Shown here in pieces: positions 29,124-39,876 of a DNA stretch of 56,710 nucleotides. Source of the stretch: an uncultured virus (IMG/VR IMGVR_UViG_3300028800_002448) (Duplodnaviria; Heunggongvirae; Uroviricota; Caudoviricetes); the IMG/VR virus record IMGVR_UViG_3300028800_002448; one strand, given 5' to 3'. Below the pieces are notes generated by a model that was given only the letters and a program-made list of their open reading frames with translations, ran no database searches and was not told where the DNA came from. Every line of letters begins with the position of its first letter. The first letter of the stretch is position 1. The position numbers and the translations under genes were made by a program.

Positions 29124-30076
29124 CGTGCGAGTACGGTGAGACGGTTGTTGGTCACCTTGATGACCTGTCCATTCCTGAACCTGAGGCGGATGCGAACCTC
29201 GTCAGTATATTCACGAGGAAGCAGGCCGCGCTGCCTGGGGGCTCTTTCGAACATCCAAGACAGGCGCATCATGTCGTAGTCGTCGCCTGGATACGAGAGC
29301 GTCTGGCGTCCCCAGCCTGCTGCGACTGCGCCGGGCAACACGATCGAGCGGTCGCCCGCATGATAGGCGACTGAAGGATAGATGACGCCGTACTCGGAGC
29401 AAGGAGCGGGAGGCGTCGCAGTGACGACGGCGAGGTAGACGTCGCTCGCGTAGGGCGATTCGCTCGGCCTGCCGACCTTCTGGAGGAACTCCTTCCATGA
29501 TGGCGGCTCTGGTTGTGCGATCAGATCGAGAGAGCGTAGCGGGACGGCGAGGGCTTGGTTGCCCCAGTGACCGCCTTCTCCCGGTCTCGGACCCGCGAAG
29601 TCGTAGCCGACCATCGTCGTGATCCCTTGATGGAGCGCGATCTGCTTGATGTCGCAGAAGGTGTAGAAGGCGAGGTCGTCGTGCATGTTCTCGGCCATGC
29701 CGACCATGAACGGGACGGCGTTCCTGGCCCATTTGACGTCGTCTTCGGTGTAGTAGAGCATCTCGACGCGGTCGACGGATGCGCGACGCATGACTTCGAG
29801 GAGTGCAGCCTTCGTGCCGAGGAGACCTGCGTAAAGGGTAGCTTTGGGCCCTTGGATGCCAGCGTCCCACTCGCTCTGCACGGTCTCGTGCAGAGGACCT
29901 TGGGGAAGACCCTCGACGCGCCAACCGGGGAACTCGTAGCCGGTCGGATCTCCGTCGACGTATATGACGCGGTCACCGTCGAAGTCGACGGCGCCCGCCC
30001 GATTGAGCGACGTGATCGTGTCGTCGATGTAGATGCGTCGACGCGAGCACGTGAGAACGGAGAGCCTCCGCTTCAT
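29120..30076 (-). CDS. Putative GT-A fold glycosyltransferase
   Basis: N-terminal strand LSVLTC, hydrophobic strand then EDD (YYTEDDV), YPSVAYHAG; lies between two methyltransferases. Confidence 0.6.
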   Translation of the reverse strand: MKRRLSVLTCSRRRIYIDDTITSLNRAGAVDFDGDRVIYVDGDPTGYEFPGWRVEGLPQGPLHETVQSEWDAGIQGPKATLYAGLLGTKAALLEVMRRASVDRVEMLYYTEDDVKWARNAVPFMVGMAENMHDDLAFYTFCDIKQIALHQGITTMVGYDFAGPRPGEGGHWGNQALAVPLRSLDLIAQPEPPSWKEFLQKVGRPSESPYASDVYLAVVTATPPAPCSEYGVIYPSVAYHAGDRSIVLPGAVAAGWGRQTLSYPGDDYDMMRLSWMFERAPRQRGLLPREYTDEVRIRLRFRNGQVIKVTNNRLTVLAR

Positions 30077-30082
30077 CGTGCC

Positions 30083-30610
30083 CTAGGGAACGATGTAGAG
30101 GAACGAGCAGCCGTCGATCGTGAAGCCGGGGATGGTGTCCCGCACGGCGCGGATGACGTCGGGGAAGTTGCCGCGGACGGCGCAGTCGTGGCCACCGAGG
30201 ACGCCGCCCGACTTGATCTTCGGCAGGAAGGCCAAGATGGCGTTCTTCGTGCCGTCGTAGGTGTGGTCAGAGTCGAGGAAGACGAAGTCGAGCGACCTGT
30301 CTTCGTATGTCGCGGCTTGGGCGATCTGGTCCGCGACGACGAGGTTCACCTTGCCGGCGGCGGGCGAGTTGCTGATGAACGTGTTCGTCTGGTCGGGCGT
30401 CACGTTGAACGTGAAGTTGTCGATCGAGTCGAAGGAGATGTTCTTCCCCGACGCGGCGATCTGGGTGCCCATGTAGACCGTCGAGCGGCCGAGGTAGGCG
30501 CCACACTCGACGAACTTCGCTCCGTCCGCGGCCCGAGCGATGGCTCCGTCGTAGATGTCCTCGAAGTCGAACCATCCAGGGATGTTCTGCCAAGTGAAGG
30601 TGGTGCTCAT
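30083..30610 (-). CDS. Class I SAM-dependent methyltransferase, paralog of 28392-29123
   Basis: IPGWFDF..IY, VECGAYLGRS, DFVFLDSDHTY, GVLGGHD. Confidence 0.9.
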   Translation of the reverse strand: MSTTFTWQNIPGWFDFEDIYDGAIARAADGAKFVECGAYLGRSTVYMGTQIAASGKNISFDSIDNFTFNVTPDQTNTFISNSPAAGKVNLVVADQIAQAATYEDRSLDFVFLDSDHTYDGTKNAILAFLPKIKSGGVLGGHDCAVRGNFPDVIRAVRDTIPGFTIDGCSFLYIVP

Positions 30611-30620
30611 GGTGTGATCC

Positions 30621-31835
30621 TTATCCCTTGATGGTGAAGAGCGCTCCGTAGTAGCTGAGAGGGACCGAGGTCGCAGGGAACTCGGCGCCGGTCGCGCCCG
30701 CGAACGAGGTCAGGATGACGTACTTCTTGCCGCCCGGGTTGGCGACGGTCGTCTTCGCGTCGACGCCAGCGAAGTTCGAGGGTGCCGGCGGGAACTTGCT
30801 GAACGTGATCGTGATGCTGTCGATCGTCACGGGAACGGAGGTGACCGTGCCGATCGCGATCTTCATGCTGACAGTGCCGCCGGGGTTGACGAGAGAGCCG
30901 GACGTGTCGAGCGTGACGTGGTTGTCGCTCGCTGGCCCCGGGTCGAACACCGACTGTCCGAGCGTGCCCGTGATCGTCGTCGGCGGCTGGATCGTTCCGA
31001 CGGATTGAACGGTGCCTCCGAAGAAGAGCTGCACGTACTGGTTGTTCGCAGCCCATGCCGGATCGGAGACGAAGTCGATCGAGCTTGAGATCTGCAAGTT
31101 CTCGGAGACGGTGAAGACCGACAGGTTGACGTTGGCGACGACGACGATCTTCTTCGCCGCGGGGCCGGAGAAGGTGAACGGACCGGGGAAGGTGACGGAG
31201 ACCGTCGGAGAGACGATGGTGCCTCCCGTGGGCCACTCGATGAGGCCGAGGAGCGTGCCGCTGCCCGTGTTGTCGCCCTCCGTGTCGGACGCCCAGACGG
31301 AGATGCCTCCGGGCAGCGGAGCTGCGCCGATCTCACCGACGGCCGAGAGGTAAGTGTTCAGCGTCGCGCCGAACTGGCTGAAGTCGACGTACTGCTCGTT
31401 GTCCATCTGGAGGGAGAAGCCGTCGCTGTTGACGACCGGCGTGACGCCGAACTGGTTCAGGGTGAACTGGGTCTGGCCGCCAGCGCCCGCGGCGCAGTTC
31501 TGCTCGCCAGCGACGGATATCTGGACGTCGCTCGTGATGACTCCGCTGACGAAGATGCGGAGGTACCTGACGACGGAGCCCACGACGGTCTGAGGCGACT
31601 GAAGGCCCGTGTGGATGCCCATGTCGCCGCCGTCGAACTGGCAGAGCGCGCTCCAGTCGGAGCCGTCCGTGGAGCCCTGGACGGAGATCACGTCTGCGAA
31701 CACGCCCGTGCAGAGGAAGGTCAGGCTGCTGTCGAGCCCTGACGACGGGACGGCCGAGAAGAGATCTATCGATGACTGGGGGCCTGATGCTCCCGGTGCG
31801 ACTACTGGAAAGCTGACGAAGTTGTTCGCGCCCAA
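30621..31835 (-). CDS. Beta-rich Ser/Thr/Gly/Val protein, probable virion structural protein
   Basis: TTG start with GGAGG SD; low charge and alternating hydrophobic strands; VQGSTDGSDW motif. Confidence 0.65.
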   Translation of the reverse strand: MGANNFVSFPVVAPGASGPQSSIDLFSAVPSSGLDSSLTFLCTGVFADVISVQGSTDGSDWSALCQFDGGDMGIHTGLQSPQTVVGSVVRYLRIFVSGVITSDVQISVAGEQNCAAGAGGQTQFTLNQFGVTPVVNSDGFSLQMDNEQYVDFSQFGATLNTYLSAVGEIGAAPLPGGISVWASDTEGDNTGSGTLLGLIEWPTGGTIVSPTVSVTFPGPFTFSGPAAKKIVVVANVNLSVFTVSENLQISSSIDFVSDPAWAANNQYVQLFFGGTVQSVGTIQPPTTITGTLGQSVFDPGPASDNHVTLDTSGSLVNPGGTVSMKIAIGTVTSVPVTIDSITITFSKFPPAPSNFAGVDAKTTVANPGGKKYVILTSFAGATGAEFPATSVPLSYYGALFTIKG

Positions 31836-32972
31836 GGTCTTCTCCTCCAGGGCCGAGACGAAGCTCGGTCCTTGAATGGCCTTGGGGGCTCAGCGTCTAA
31901 GCTATCACACAGCTCTGCGGCGAATCAATCGACAGGCCAGGATGCGACCTCCTCGGGGGAGGCGACGACGTTAGCGTTGAAGCCATAGGGGTGGTTGGCG
32001 ACGTCGAGGACACCCGAGTAGGTCAGCGCAGACTCGCAGACTAGGCCTTTGCGGCGGACCAGGCAGAGTCCCGATCCAGCTTGGAGCTGATGCTGGCATC
32101 TGTCTGCGATGGGGCATTCGGGAGGGACGTCGTCCGGAAGGTGCTCAGCACCTGTCTCGACCCGACAGCGCTTCGACGGAGCATCCCAGCCGGTCGCGCA
32201 GCGGTCGCACGTGGTCACCAGCATCGCGATGCCGTCGTAGAGCTGGGGACAGAGGACAGGGAGCTTCTTCACTCCGGTCGTGGTCCTTTTTGCGGTCCTT
32301 TTTCGATGATCGCGTCGATCGCACCTCGAAGGTCGTGCCACTCGTGGTTGGTGCAGATGTAGTGACCCGCGACGATCTGAGGTTTGACCGATTCCCCGTT
32401 ACACGACGGGCAGTGGGTCATCGTCGCGTAGATGCTGAGTCGCTCCTCATCCTTCGCAGCCTTGATGACTGCTTGGAGCTTCTCTTCGTCATGGAAGGTC
32501 CCTCTCGACGTGAACGTGCTGATGGCCTTCCTGAGAGCGCTCGTCATATGAGGTCTTCTTCCTCTTTCGGGTGTGGACGGAACTCGACGATCCCGTAGAT
32601 GGCAGTTTGAACGGCGGGCGGAGCATGGAGCGATGCTCTGACGACCTTGCCGTGGTTGGTCTGGATGAAGTCGAAGAAGTCGGTGGCGGTCTCGTGGTGG
32701 CCGCTGATGATGAAGAAGCGCGGCTCAGGTCGTCTTGACATCGACGGGTTGCCCTGTTCGGATCACGTGGAGAGTGAGGTTCCTGACTGTCGTGGTCGGG
32801 CCCGGAGGCCACGCGGAGAAGATCCTCATCTCGACTCGATAGGCCTTGATGCCATCTCCGAGATCGCTCTTCCAGTGGAAGATGTCTCCCTTCACAGGGA
32901 GGTACACGCCGAAGTCGATGGTGCCGATGAGCTTCGGCGCCCACATCTCGGTGACGTCGTAGACCTCGGCGT

Positions 32973-33515
32973 TCATTTCTTTTCGATGCTGCTCATCGCC
33001 CCGGCCGGCTTCGAGTCGTCCGTCTCGCAGCAGGTGACGTTCGCGCCGCCGGCCGCGAGGAACTTGATCATCTCCTCGGACATGCCGTACCTGCCGCCGT
33101 AGAACTCTCCGTAGACGATCTTCGTGATGCCGGCGTTGAGGATGAGCTTCGAGCAGTCGTAGCAGGGAGAGGCGGTCGTGTAGATCGTCGAGCCGGTGAT
33201 GGACACGCCGTTCTCAGCGGCCTGAGCGATGGCGTTGGCCTCGGCGTGGATGGTCCTCACGCAGCTCTGTCGACCGCCGAGATCCCTCATCTCGCAACCG
33301 ACCTGCGTGCAGTGGGGCATCCCTCGTGGAGAGCCGTTGTAGCCCGTCGAGAGGATGCGCTTGTCCCTCACGATGACGGCGCCGACGTGTTTGCGCGGGC
33401 AGGTCGCCCTCGTCGCGACGTCGGTCGCGATCTTCATGAAGTATTGGTCCCACGAGGGACGATCGTCTCTCAGCATGTCGTTCATGAAGGCTCCTGTTTG
33501 ATCGGCATCGGCCAC
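32973..33515 (-). CDS. dCMP deaminase
   Basis: RPSWDQYFM, TGYNG, HAEAN, SPCYDC. Confidence 0.95.
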   Translation of the reverse strand: MADADQTGAFMNDMLRDDRPSWDQYFMKIATDVATRATCPRKHVGAVIVRDKRILSTGYNGSPRGMPHCTQVGCEMRDLGGRQSCVRTIHAEANAIAQAAENGVSITGSTIYTTASPCYDCSKLILNAGITKIVYGEFYGGRYGMSEEMIKFLAAGGANVTCCETDDSKPAGAMSSIEKK

Positions 33516-34025
33516 TCTTCGTCGTCGGGCAACGGGCCGACGACCTTCATCCTCAGGTTGTGCAGGAAGACGAGCGGGTCTTCCCTCTAGTACTTCTCAC
33601 AGATCGGAAGCGAGTGGAGCACGGCCTGCTTGCCGTCTTCCATGACGACGCCGACCTGCCCTCCACAGAAGGGGCAGCGCGCGATGTCTTCGGCGATCGT
33701 CCCGTCCGCGAGCCTGTAGGCGCCCTCGGGAAGGCCGTGCTTGCGCTTCTTCTTGAGCTTGGGTCTCGACATCGCGCTACGACACCCACTCGACCTTCCA
33801 GCCGTTGACGCGCACGAGGATCTTGCGCCGCTCGTATGGAGACTCGTGGTCGCCCTCTGCTTCGACGTACATCCCGGCGTTCTGCCTGGCGTCTTCCTCG
33901 ACGATGATCACGGGCCTGTCGTGACAGACGGAGGTCCTGATCGCCGCGCGAAGGGCGGCACCGAACAGCTCCGTCTTGTTCATCCACCCCATGCCGTGAC
34001 CATAACTGCGGGAGATGTACATCGA

Positions 34026-35138
34026 TCAGGTCTCCTGAAGCGGCTCGTACTCGGCGAGGGTCAGGCCGAAGGTCCATGCGACGGCCTCGTCTGCGTTTCG
34101 CATGGTCGGTGGCACTCTTAGGAAATAATGCTTAATTTGGCCATCCGGTTCAGGCGTCGAGTTGACGACCTCGACCATCACGAGCGGTTGATCGGAGGCG
34201 CTGAAGATCGTGTCAGCCTCCCCGGCATTCATGTTCGTGTGTCGACCATCGATGGGAGGGCGCCACCAGAGCTTGCGGTTCTGCCGTCCTTCATGGATGA
34301 CGACAGCGCCGGTCTTCCTCAAGTATCGGTCGGCGCCGTACAGCTCCAAGAGCGTCCGTCTAACCTCGACGTTGTGCTCCTTCTCGATACGAATGGGGGT
34401 GAGGCAGTTGAAGGGATCCTTGATGATGTCGGACTCGATCTCGACGCCGTGGACGAGATACTTCTGGAAGCGCCGGCCGTAGCAGAGGGCCGGACCTGAG
34501 ACCGAGTGCAGGCGATCTGCATCGTCGAACGTCATCACGGTCGGTCTGGCGGACATCACGACGACGTCCTGGTGGTTCCACCAGAGGCAACATGACTGCA
34601 CGATCTCAGCCGCGACGTTGATGCGCTCGAAGGTCTCGTCGTTGATGTTGAGGCCCAGCCGCTCCTTCGCGAAGATGAACTTGTGTATCTCCCAGGTGAA
34701 CTGGCTCATCTCCGGCTTGAAGATCTCGTCGGGCTGACGAAGCTTCTTGTCGATGCCTCGCGTGGTCGAATGATGGATGATCGGATCCGTAGAGTTCCAC
34801 CTGTAGTAGAAGCCTGCCTGCGGGTCGACGATGAGCCTACGGATCAACCCGCTCAACGTGTGCTCGGACTCCATCCACCTGAAGAAGGGCGTCAGCTCGT
34901 CCGAGATGTGACGCTTGCGGGTGAGCTGTTCGGCCTGCGACGTCGCGATGAACGCCATCGCGTCGGTGGGAGACTCGAACCACTGGAACATCGGACGGCC
35001 GTTGATCTTGAGGAGCTTCCTGGCGGCGACGACGGCGTCTTCGGCCCTCGACTTGTCGATGGGGCTCGTGGCGTGGACGACATCGTGCTTCCAGCGATCT
35101 GCCGACTCGATGTATGCCGCCTTCTGGTACGGCGACAT
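34026..35138 (-). CDS. DUF6745-like protein
   Basis: RLHSVSGPALCY...HGV, NVEVRR, VEVVNSTPEPDG...YFLRVPP...AVAWTFG. Confidence 0.8.
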   Translation of the reverse strand: MSPYQKAAYIESADRWKHDVVHATSPIDKSRAEDAVVAARKLLKINGRPMFQWFESPTDAMAFIATSQAEQLTRKRHISDELTPFFRWMESEHTLSGLIRRLIVDPQAGFYYRWNSTDPIIHHSTTRGIDKKLRQPDEIFKPEMSQFTWEIHKFIFAKERLGLNINDETFERINVAAEIVQSCCLWWNHQDVVVMSARPTVMTFDDADRLHSVSGPALCYGRRFQKYLVHGVEIESDIIKDPFNCLTPIRIEKEHNVEVRRTLLELYGADRYLRKTGAVVIHEGRQNRKLWWRPPIDGRHTNMNAGEADTIFSASDQPLVMVEVVNSTPEPDGQIKHYFLRVPPTMRNADEAVAWTFGLTLAEYEPLQET

Positions 35139-35143
35139 CGGCC

Positions 35144-35701
35144 TCAAGACGACTTCTCCGGGAGCTGCGGTTGCTCGACGCTCTCGACGCGGGTGATCTC
35201 GGGCTCGTCCCGGCCAGGATCTTCGCCTCCGCAACCGTCTCGACAGCCAGGCACACACCTCTTGCCCGCGGCCATGTTGCGCGCGCGACTCCTCTCGACC
35301 GATCGCGCAGGCAACGGAAGCTCGAAGGTCAGGCAGATCTGCATCAAGATCGGCGCGCCGTAGTTGCGGTAGTTGTCCCAGTCGATGGCGTCGTGCTCGA
35401 CGTCCCCGAGGAGCCAGATCCAGGCCTCGTAATGGTTGATGGTTCGCTCGGCCGACAGGCCCCTGTGGCCCGTAGCTTTGTCCCAGCCGAAGGACATGTA
35501 GTCCCTCATCTCGGCGAGGATGTCCGCCCTCAGCCTCGATTCGATCTTCCAGTTCTCGGCGGTGACCTCAGACTTGAGGAGCCCTGCGCCGGCCACAGCT
35601 TCGAACGGGAGGCGCGACAGGAGGTCGGCCGTCTGGTAGCCGAACATCTCCGTGTCCTTCACGGCCGCGACGCGGGCGAGGATCTCTTCGTCGGTCCTCA
35701 T
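35144..35701 (-). CDS. Phage hypothetical protein
   Basis: WDKA..HRGLSA...WIWLLGD...NYG; ATGA-coupled. Confidence 0.75.
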   Translation of the reverse strand: MRTDEEILARVAAVKDTEMFGYQTADLLSRLPFEAVAGAGLLKSEVTAENWKIESRLRADILAEMRDYMSFGWDKATGHRGLSAERTINHYEAWIWLLGDVEHDAIDWDNYRNYGAPILMQICLTFELPLPARSVERSRARNMAAGKRCVPGCRDGCGGEDPGRDEPEITRVESVEQPQLPEKSS

Positions 35702-36249
35702 TCGTCGACTCCGAGGTCCTTCTCGGCCTTCTCGACATCAGGCGACAAACCCATTGTCGTGAAGACCTTCGAGTATTCAGCTTCGAGCTGGGTCAAGGTA
35801 TGGAGACTACCCATGATGACCGAGGCCGAGCCGATGATGATGTTGGTCGCGCCGACGTGACCCCAGCCGAGGGCAGCCATCTGGTCGCGCCAAAACTTCA
35901 CGTCGGACGTGCCTAATGCTGGAGGCAACAGGAGAGGATAGAATTTCTTCGCGAACGCGAAGTATCCGTGTCCAGGCACACCATTCGTCGCCTTCACGAC
36001 GAGAGAAGATAGGATGCCCTCCTTCGCCTCGTAGTCCTCCGCCATGATCTCACCGAGGATCTTCGAAAGCTCGACGCCGCCCGAAAACATCCCGAGTGCC
36101 CTCGCGAGGCTGACGTACGTGATCCTGTGGCGGATCGACTGACAGAACTTCAGGATGCCTCGGACCTCAGCGCGCGTGATGGCTTGCGAGATCTTCTTCT
36201 CGTGATTCACGAGAGCGTCGGACATGACGAGATCGCGGATCGGACGCAT
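35698..36249 (-). CDS. Hypothetical winged-helix-like protein
   Basis: ITYVSLARAL...LGEI...LSSLVV...PGHGYF. Confidence 0.65.
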   Translation of the reverse strand: MRPIRDLVMSDALVNHEKKISQAITRAEVRGILKFCQSIRHRITYVSLARALGMFSGGVELSKILGEIMAEDYEAKEGILSSLVVKATNGVPGHGYFAFAKKFYPLLLPPALGTSDVKFWRDQMAALGWGHVGATNIIIGSASVIMGSLHTLTQLEAEYSKVFTTMGLSPDVEKAEKDLGVDE

Positions 36250-36988
36250 CGGTAACCTCCTGGGTGAAATATCTCAGGGTGATCCAAACCCGCCAGAGTG
36301 TGTTGTTGGCGGAGAAGGACGATGAAGTATCTTGAGTAACAGACGAGATAAAACTCGTCAACAGAGAAAGAAGTGGTCAGATCAGAAGATCGCCCACCGG
36401 ATCACGATGATGGCGATGGCGACGAAGAAGACCGCATCGAGCGGATCCTTGGCAACCTTGTCCAAGATGTTTTTTCCGAACTGCTTGAGCGTCATACCGA
36501 CTTTCCTTTTCGTGATCCTAGTTGTTCTTGTCTTTCGAGCCGCCGTCGTCCTTCACGATCTTCTTGATCTCGCGCTGACGGCGAGCGTTCTGTCGGAGCT
36601 TCTCGACGACGTCGGGAGGGATGTTGACGCGGATCTTGATCGTGCCCTTCTTGTCGTTCGACGAGGAGGACATCAGGTGTCCTTGCCGGGCTCTTCCGGC
36701 TCTTCGCGCGGCGCGAACATGAGGGGTCCCTCGCCATACTCCAGCGCGGCGAGGAGGTCATAGAGCGTCTTCGGCGTGAGACTCTCGTCGAGCTTCAGGA
36801 CGACGTGACCATCGTCGCCCTCCCGCCCCGAGCAGATCTCCACGCTCTGAACGAGCGCAGTTTCGCCCGGGGGCGGGGACGTCTTGACGACCCTGTACCA
36901 GAGGCCTCGCCGTCCCGCAGGATCGTGCATGGCGAGGAGCCGGTATCCAGGCCCGTTCTTGCGCATCATCTGAAGTGTCGAGCTTGCT

Positions 36989-37423
36989 TCAGTCGGCGAT
37001 GGCGCGGAGGCCTTCGGGGTCGAACTCCCGCTGACGGCGGACGCTGTACACGCCGTCTTCGAGCGTGATCGGATCGTGCTCCTGATGCTTGAGCACGATG
37101 GGCGCGTCGACCGCGAGGATGCGATCGGGCTCGGGGCGCTCGACGCGTCCGCCGCCCGTGCGCGAGATGAGGCCCATCGCGTCCGTGTCCGAGATCGGCG
37201 ACGCGTCGTCGAGGTACAACGAGCACATCGATGACGGGATGTGATGCGAGTGGCCCGTGTGCTCGCCGTAGGCGAGGACGACGTTGCCGTTGTCGCGGGG
37301 GACGGCGGGAGCCTTCCCGTCGGCGATCTTCTTGCGTGCCGCCTCGGCGGCGGGCCCTTCGAGCTTGACGATCAGGACGTCGCCCTGACGATACATCTTC
37401 GGACCTTCTGCGCAGCTGTTCAT
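36989..37423 (-). CDS. His-rich protein of the family usually paired with DUF6745
   Basis: YRQGDV, LAYGEHTGHSH, HQEHDPI.L..G.Y..RRQREF. Confidence 0.8.
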   Translation of the reverse strand: MNSCAEGPKMYRQGDVLIVKLEGPAAEAARKKIADGKAPAVPRDNGNVVLAYGEHTGHSHHIPSSMCSLYLDDASPISDTDAMGLISRTGGGRVERPEPDRILAVDAPIVLKHQEHDPITLEDGVYSVRRQREFDPEGLRAIAD

Positions 37424-38277
37424 GGAGTCTCCTTTGAATTCTCTTGGGGGGTTTCGACGGGTGATTCTAGCGTTGTCCTCGGCTTGTTTCTATGGATACC
37501 AGCAAGGGGGATCGTGCGTGCATCGTCGACGCCGTCGTAGAAGACGCGCCTGTCCTTCACGGCTCCGAGGTCGCTGTCCTTGTGCCGGTTCGTGTACATC
37601 TTGTCGACGAAGGACGCGGTTTCCTTCTTGGTTTCCGGGGTCTTCGAGATTGCCGTCGTCTCCTGGGCAACCTTCGTCGCGACCTTGTCAGGAGGCATGA
37701 ACCGATGTTGCAGCGCGTAGACGAGGCCGCGGCGGTAGCTGTCCTCTTCGGTCTCCGTGGCCTTGTCGTACCCTCGAACCTTGACCATCTCGTTGACGGC
37801 GCTCTCGTAGTACGCGAAGAGGTAGATGATCGCGTTGATGTCCTGATTGAGGGCGATCACGCGGCCGTGCCAGAAGTCGGTCGGGCGACCGTCCTTGACC
37901 ACGACCTCGCGGATCCGGATGGCTCGCGCGTGGTAGCTCTTCGAGATCACCGTGAGCAGCGCGATCCTCCAGGCGGGTGAGAAGTCGCCGTCGACGGCAT
38001 GCTCCATGACGTCGGTGAACGCCTCGCCCCGGATCTCCGCGTCGGTGATCTTGTGCTCGGCGACGAGGTCGGCCGCCTTCTTCGTCGCGATCTTGGTCTC
38101 GTGCTCGTTGTCGCTCGCCGTCAGGGCGCGGTACTTGCGCACGCGCTCGATGACGCCCTTGCGTGCTGCCTTCTTGGTGGCCTCGTCGTCGGCACGTGCC
38201 TCGGGCTTCATTTCCGGACTGACGTCAGGGCTTACCTGAGGACTCTCCTGCGTCTTTTCTTCGACGGTGGCGTTCAT
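37420..38277 (-). CDS. DUF2786-domain protein
   Basis: VIERVRKYRALTASDNEHETKIATKKAADLVAEHKI; SYRRG. Confidence 0.7.
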   Translation of the reverse strand: MNATVEEKTQESPQVSPDVSPEMKPEARADDEATKKAARKGVIERVRKYRALTASDNEHETKIATKKAADLVAEHKITDAEIRGEAFTDVMEHAVDGDFSPAWRIALLTVISKSYHARAIRIREVVVKDGRPTDFWHGRVIALNQDINAIIYLFAYYESAVNEMVKVRGYDKATETEEDSYRRGLVYALQHRFMPPDKVATKVAQETTAISKTPETKKETASFVDKMYTNRHKDSDLGAVKDRRVFYDGVDDARTIPLAGIHRNKPRTTLESPVETPQENSKETP

Positions 38278-38687
38278 GACTTCTCCGTTGCGGTTGCGAA
38301 TGCGTGTGCGGTGAGCTGAGGCTGATCGACGCTCTCGATGTCGACGAGGTGATGATAGCCGCCGATCCAAGAGTTGCTGCTCGTCAGATCTACGTCGGGA
38401 CCTAGCTCCAACATGTGTTGGTGGTCGATGATGATCTGACCTTCATCAGTCTTCATGAATGCGGGGATGCACTTGCTGTGCAAGTAGCCATCCCACTCGG
38501 CACAGAAGTGATCGAGGTGCCCTGGCTCAGAGATGTCAGTGACGATGTCTGTCTTGGTGCAGTAGAGGCACCGATCTGTTTGACGTCGAGGAACGCCTTC
38601 GAGATCGGGATGCCCGACAGGAAGGCTGGTCGTGAGCGCAACTTGGTCGGCGCGCAAGTAGTAGATCCCACCGCAAGGCATGGGCAT
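38274..38687 (-). CDS. Zn-binding protein with C-terminal ESVDQ tag
   Basis: CLYC...EWD..LHSKC; VDIESVDQPQL. Confidence 0.7.
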   Translation of the reverse strand: MPMPCGGIYYLRADQVALTTSLPVGHPDLEGVPRRQTDRCLYCTKTDIVTDISEPGHLDHFCAEWDGYLHSKCIPAFMKTDEGQIIIDHQHMLELGPDVDLTSSNSWIGGYHHLVDIESVDQPQLTAHAFATATEKS

Positions 38688-38690
38688 TCT

Positions 38691-39122
38691 CTATCGGAAG
38701 GTGCCGGCGAGCATCAGAGACCTGTAGGCCTTTTGGAGGGCCTCGTTGTACTCCCAGAAGGGACCCTTGAGCAGGTCCGACCATGGCCGCCAGCCGACGC
38801 GGCCCTTCTCGACGGTCGAGATCTCACCGGACCACTTCGGCACGAGGTACGTCGCCGTCAGCATCATGCGTCCGGTGTTCGGGACGACGCACTGGCCGAG
38901 AAAGAGTCTCGTGGAGTGTCGAGGGTGCATCACGAGCCCCGTCTCCTCAGCCAGCTCGCGTTTGGCTGCTGCCTTCGGGGCTTCGCCCGGCTCGACCTTG
39001 CCGCCGGGGATGCCCCATGCATGAGGGTCGTCTTTGCGGGAGACGCAGAGGACGCGCTCTTCGCCCGTGGGGGCGATGATGAGGGTGCAGGCAGCTTCGA
39101 TCTTGAACGACGGCTTGTTCAT
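38691..39122 (-). CDS. Nudix hydrolase
   Basis: Nudix box GGKVEPGEAPKAAAKRELAEETG. Confidence 0.95.
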   Translation of the reverse strand: MNKPSFKIEAACTLIIAPTGEERVLCVSRKDDPHAWGIPGGKVEPGEAPKAAAKRELAEETGLVMHPRHSTRLFLGQCVVPNTGRMMLTATYLVPKWSGEISTVEKGRVGWRPWSDLLKGPFWEYNEALQKAYRSLMLAGTFR

Positions 39123-39444
39123 GATCCTTTCTTGGCCCCCTTGTTCTCGTCGATGATGTGGACGAGCGTCCCCGAGGTCGGGCTCACGTGAAACGTCGAC
39201 CGCGAGGTGAAGACGCTTTTGTGCATCCGGCCCTTTACGGTTTTACCCCTGAGGGCAGGTGGCACGTCACCTGAGAACCCGACGGCAACCTTCTGCCCGC
39301 GGCCGAAGTGGTATCGGGCGAACCCAACAGCCCAGCGGCAGGGTTTCCTCACCTGACGAACGAACCAGCTGATGGTCATCATGACGATGTTTTCCATCTT
39401 CTCACCGAGCGCGTCGGACGTCGAGGATGGAGGAACGAGAGTGA

Positions 39445-39867
39445 TCATATCGTGTGCTCCACGATGACGAGAGGGAACAGCTGTCGAGCGACGACGTCCG
39501 GCCACTCCTTGCAGGCGTATTCGAAGGCGATCTTGGCGATCTCGAAATAGGTCTCCTTGACGGGCGTCCCGAACCCCGTGACGTAGAAGCCCGAGTTCGA
39601 AGCGCCTCGGGCGTCTCCGGAGCGATCCCACCAGACGAAGGCGAACCAGAAGTGTTCGGGACTGCCCCCGCCGGTGACGTGGACGCGACCGTCGGGCTGA
39701 TCGACGACCTTCCTGTTCTTGAGGATGGTTCCGTCGAGCCAGTTGGCAGATTCCCAGGGGAAGCCTGGGTATTTTCCTTTGACGGGTCCCCAGGTCGACA
39801 GGCCGTCCTTGTTCTGAAGGGTATGACCGCCGCTGCCGTACCCGAAGTAGAGAGCCTTCTTTTCCAT
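39445..39867 (-). CDS. Phage hypothetical protein
   Basis: LYFG...GH...WWDRSGDARGASNS motif. Confidence 0.7.
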   Translation of the reverse strand: MEKKALYFGYGSGGHTLQNKDGLSTWGPVKGKYPGFPWESANWLDGTILKNRKVVDQPDGRVHVTGGGSPEHFWFAFVWWDRSGDARGASNSGFYVTGFGTPVKETYFEIAKIAFEYACKEWPDVVARQLFPLVIVEHTI

Positions 39868-39876
39868 GAGCGCTCG

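Noticed and set aside
36328..36343. TATCTTGAGTAACAGA as a ninth dyad promoter
   Set aside because: Right half-site broken and no -10 hexamer 17 bp downstream
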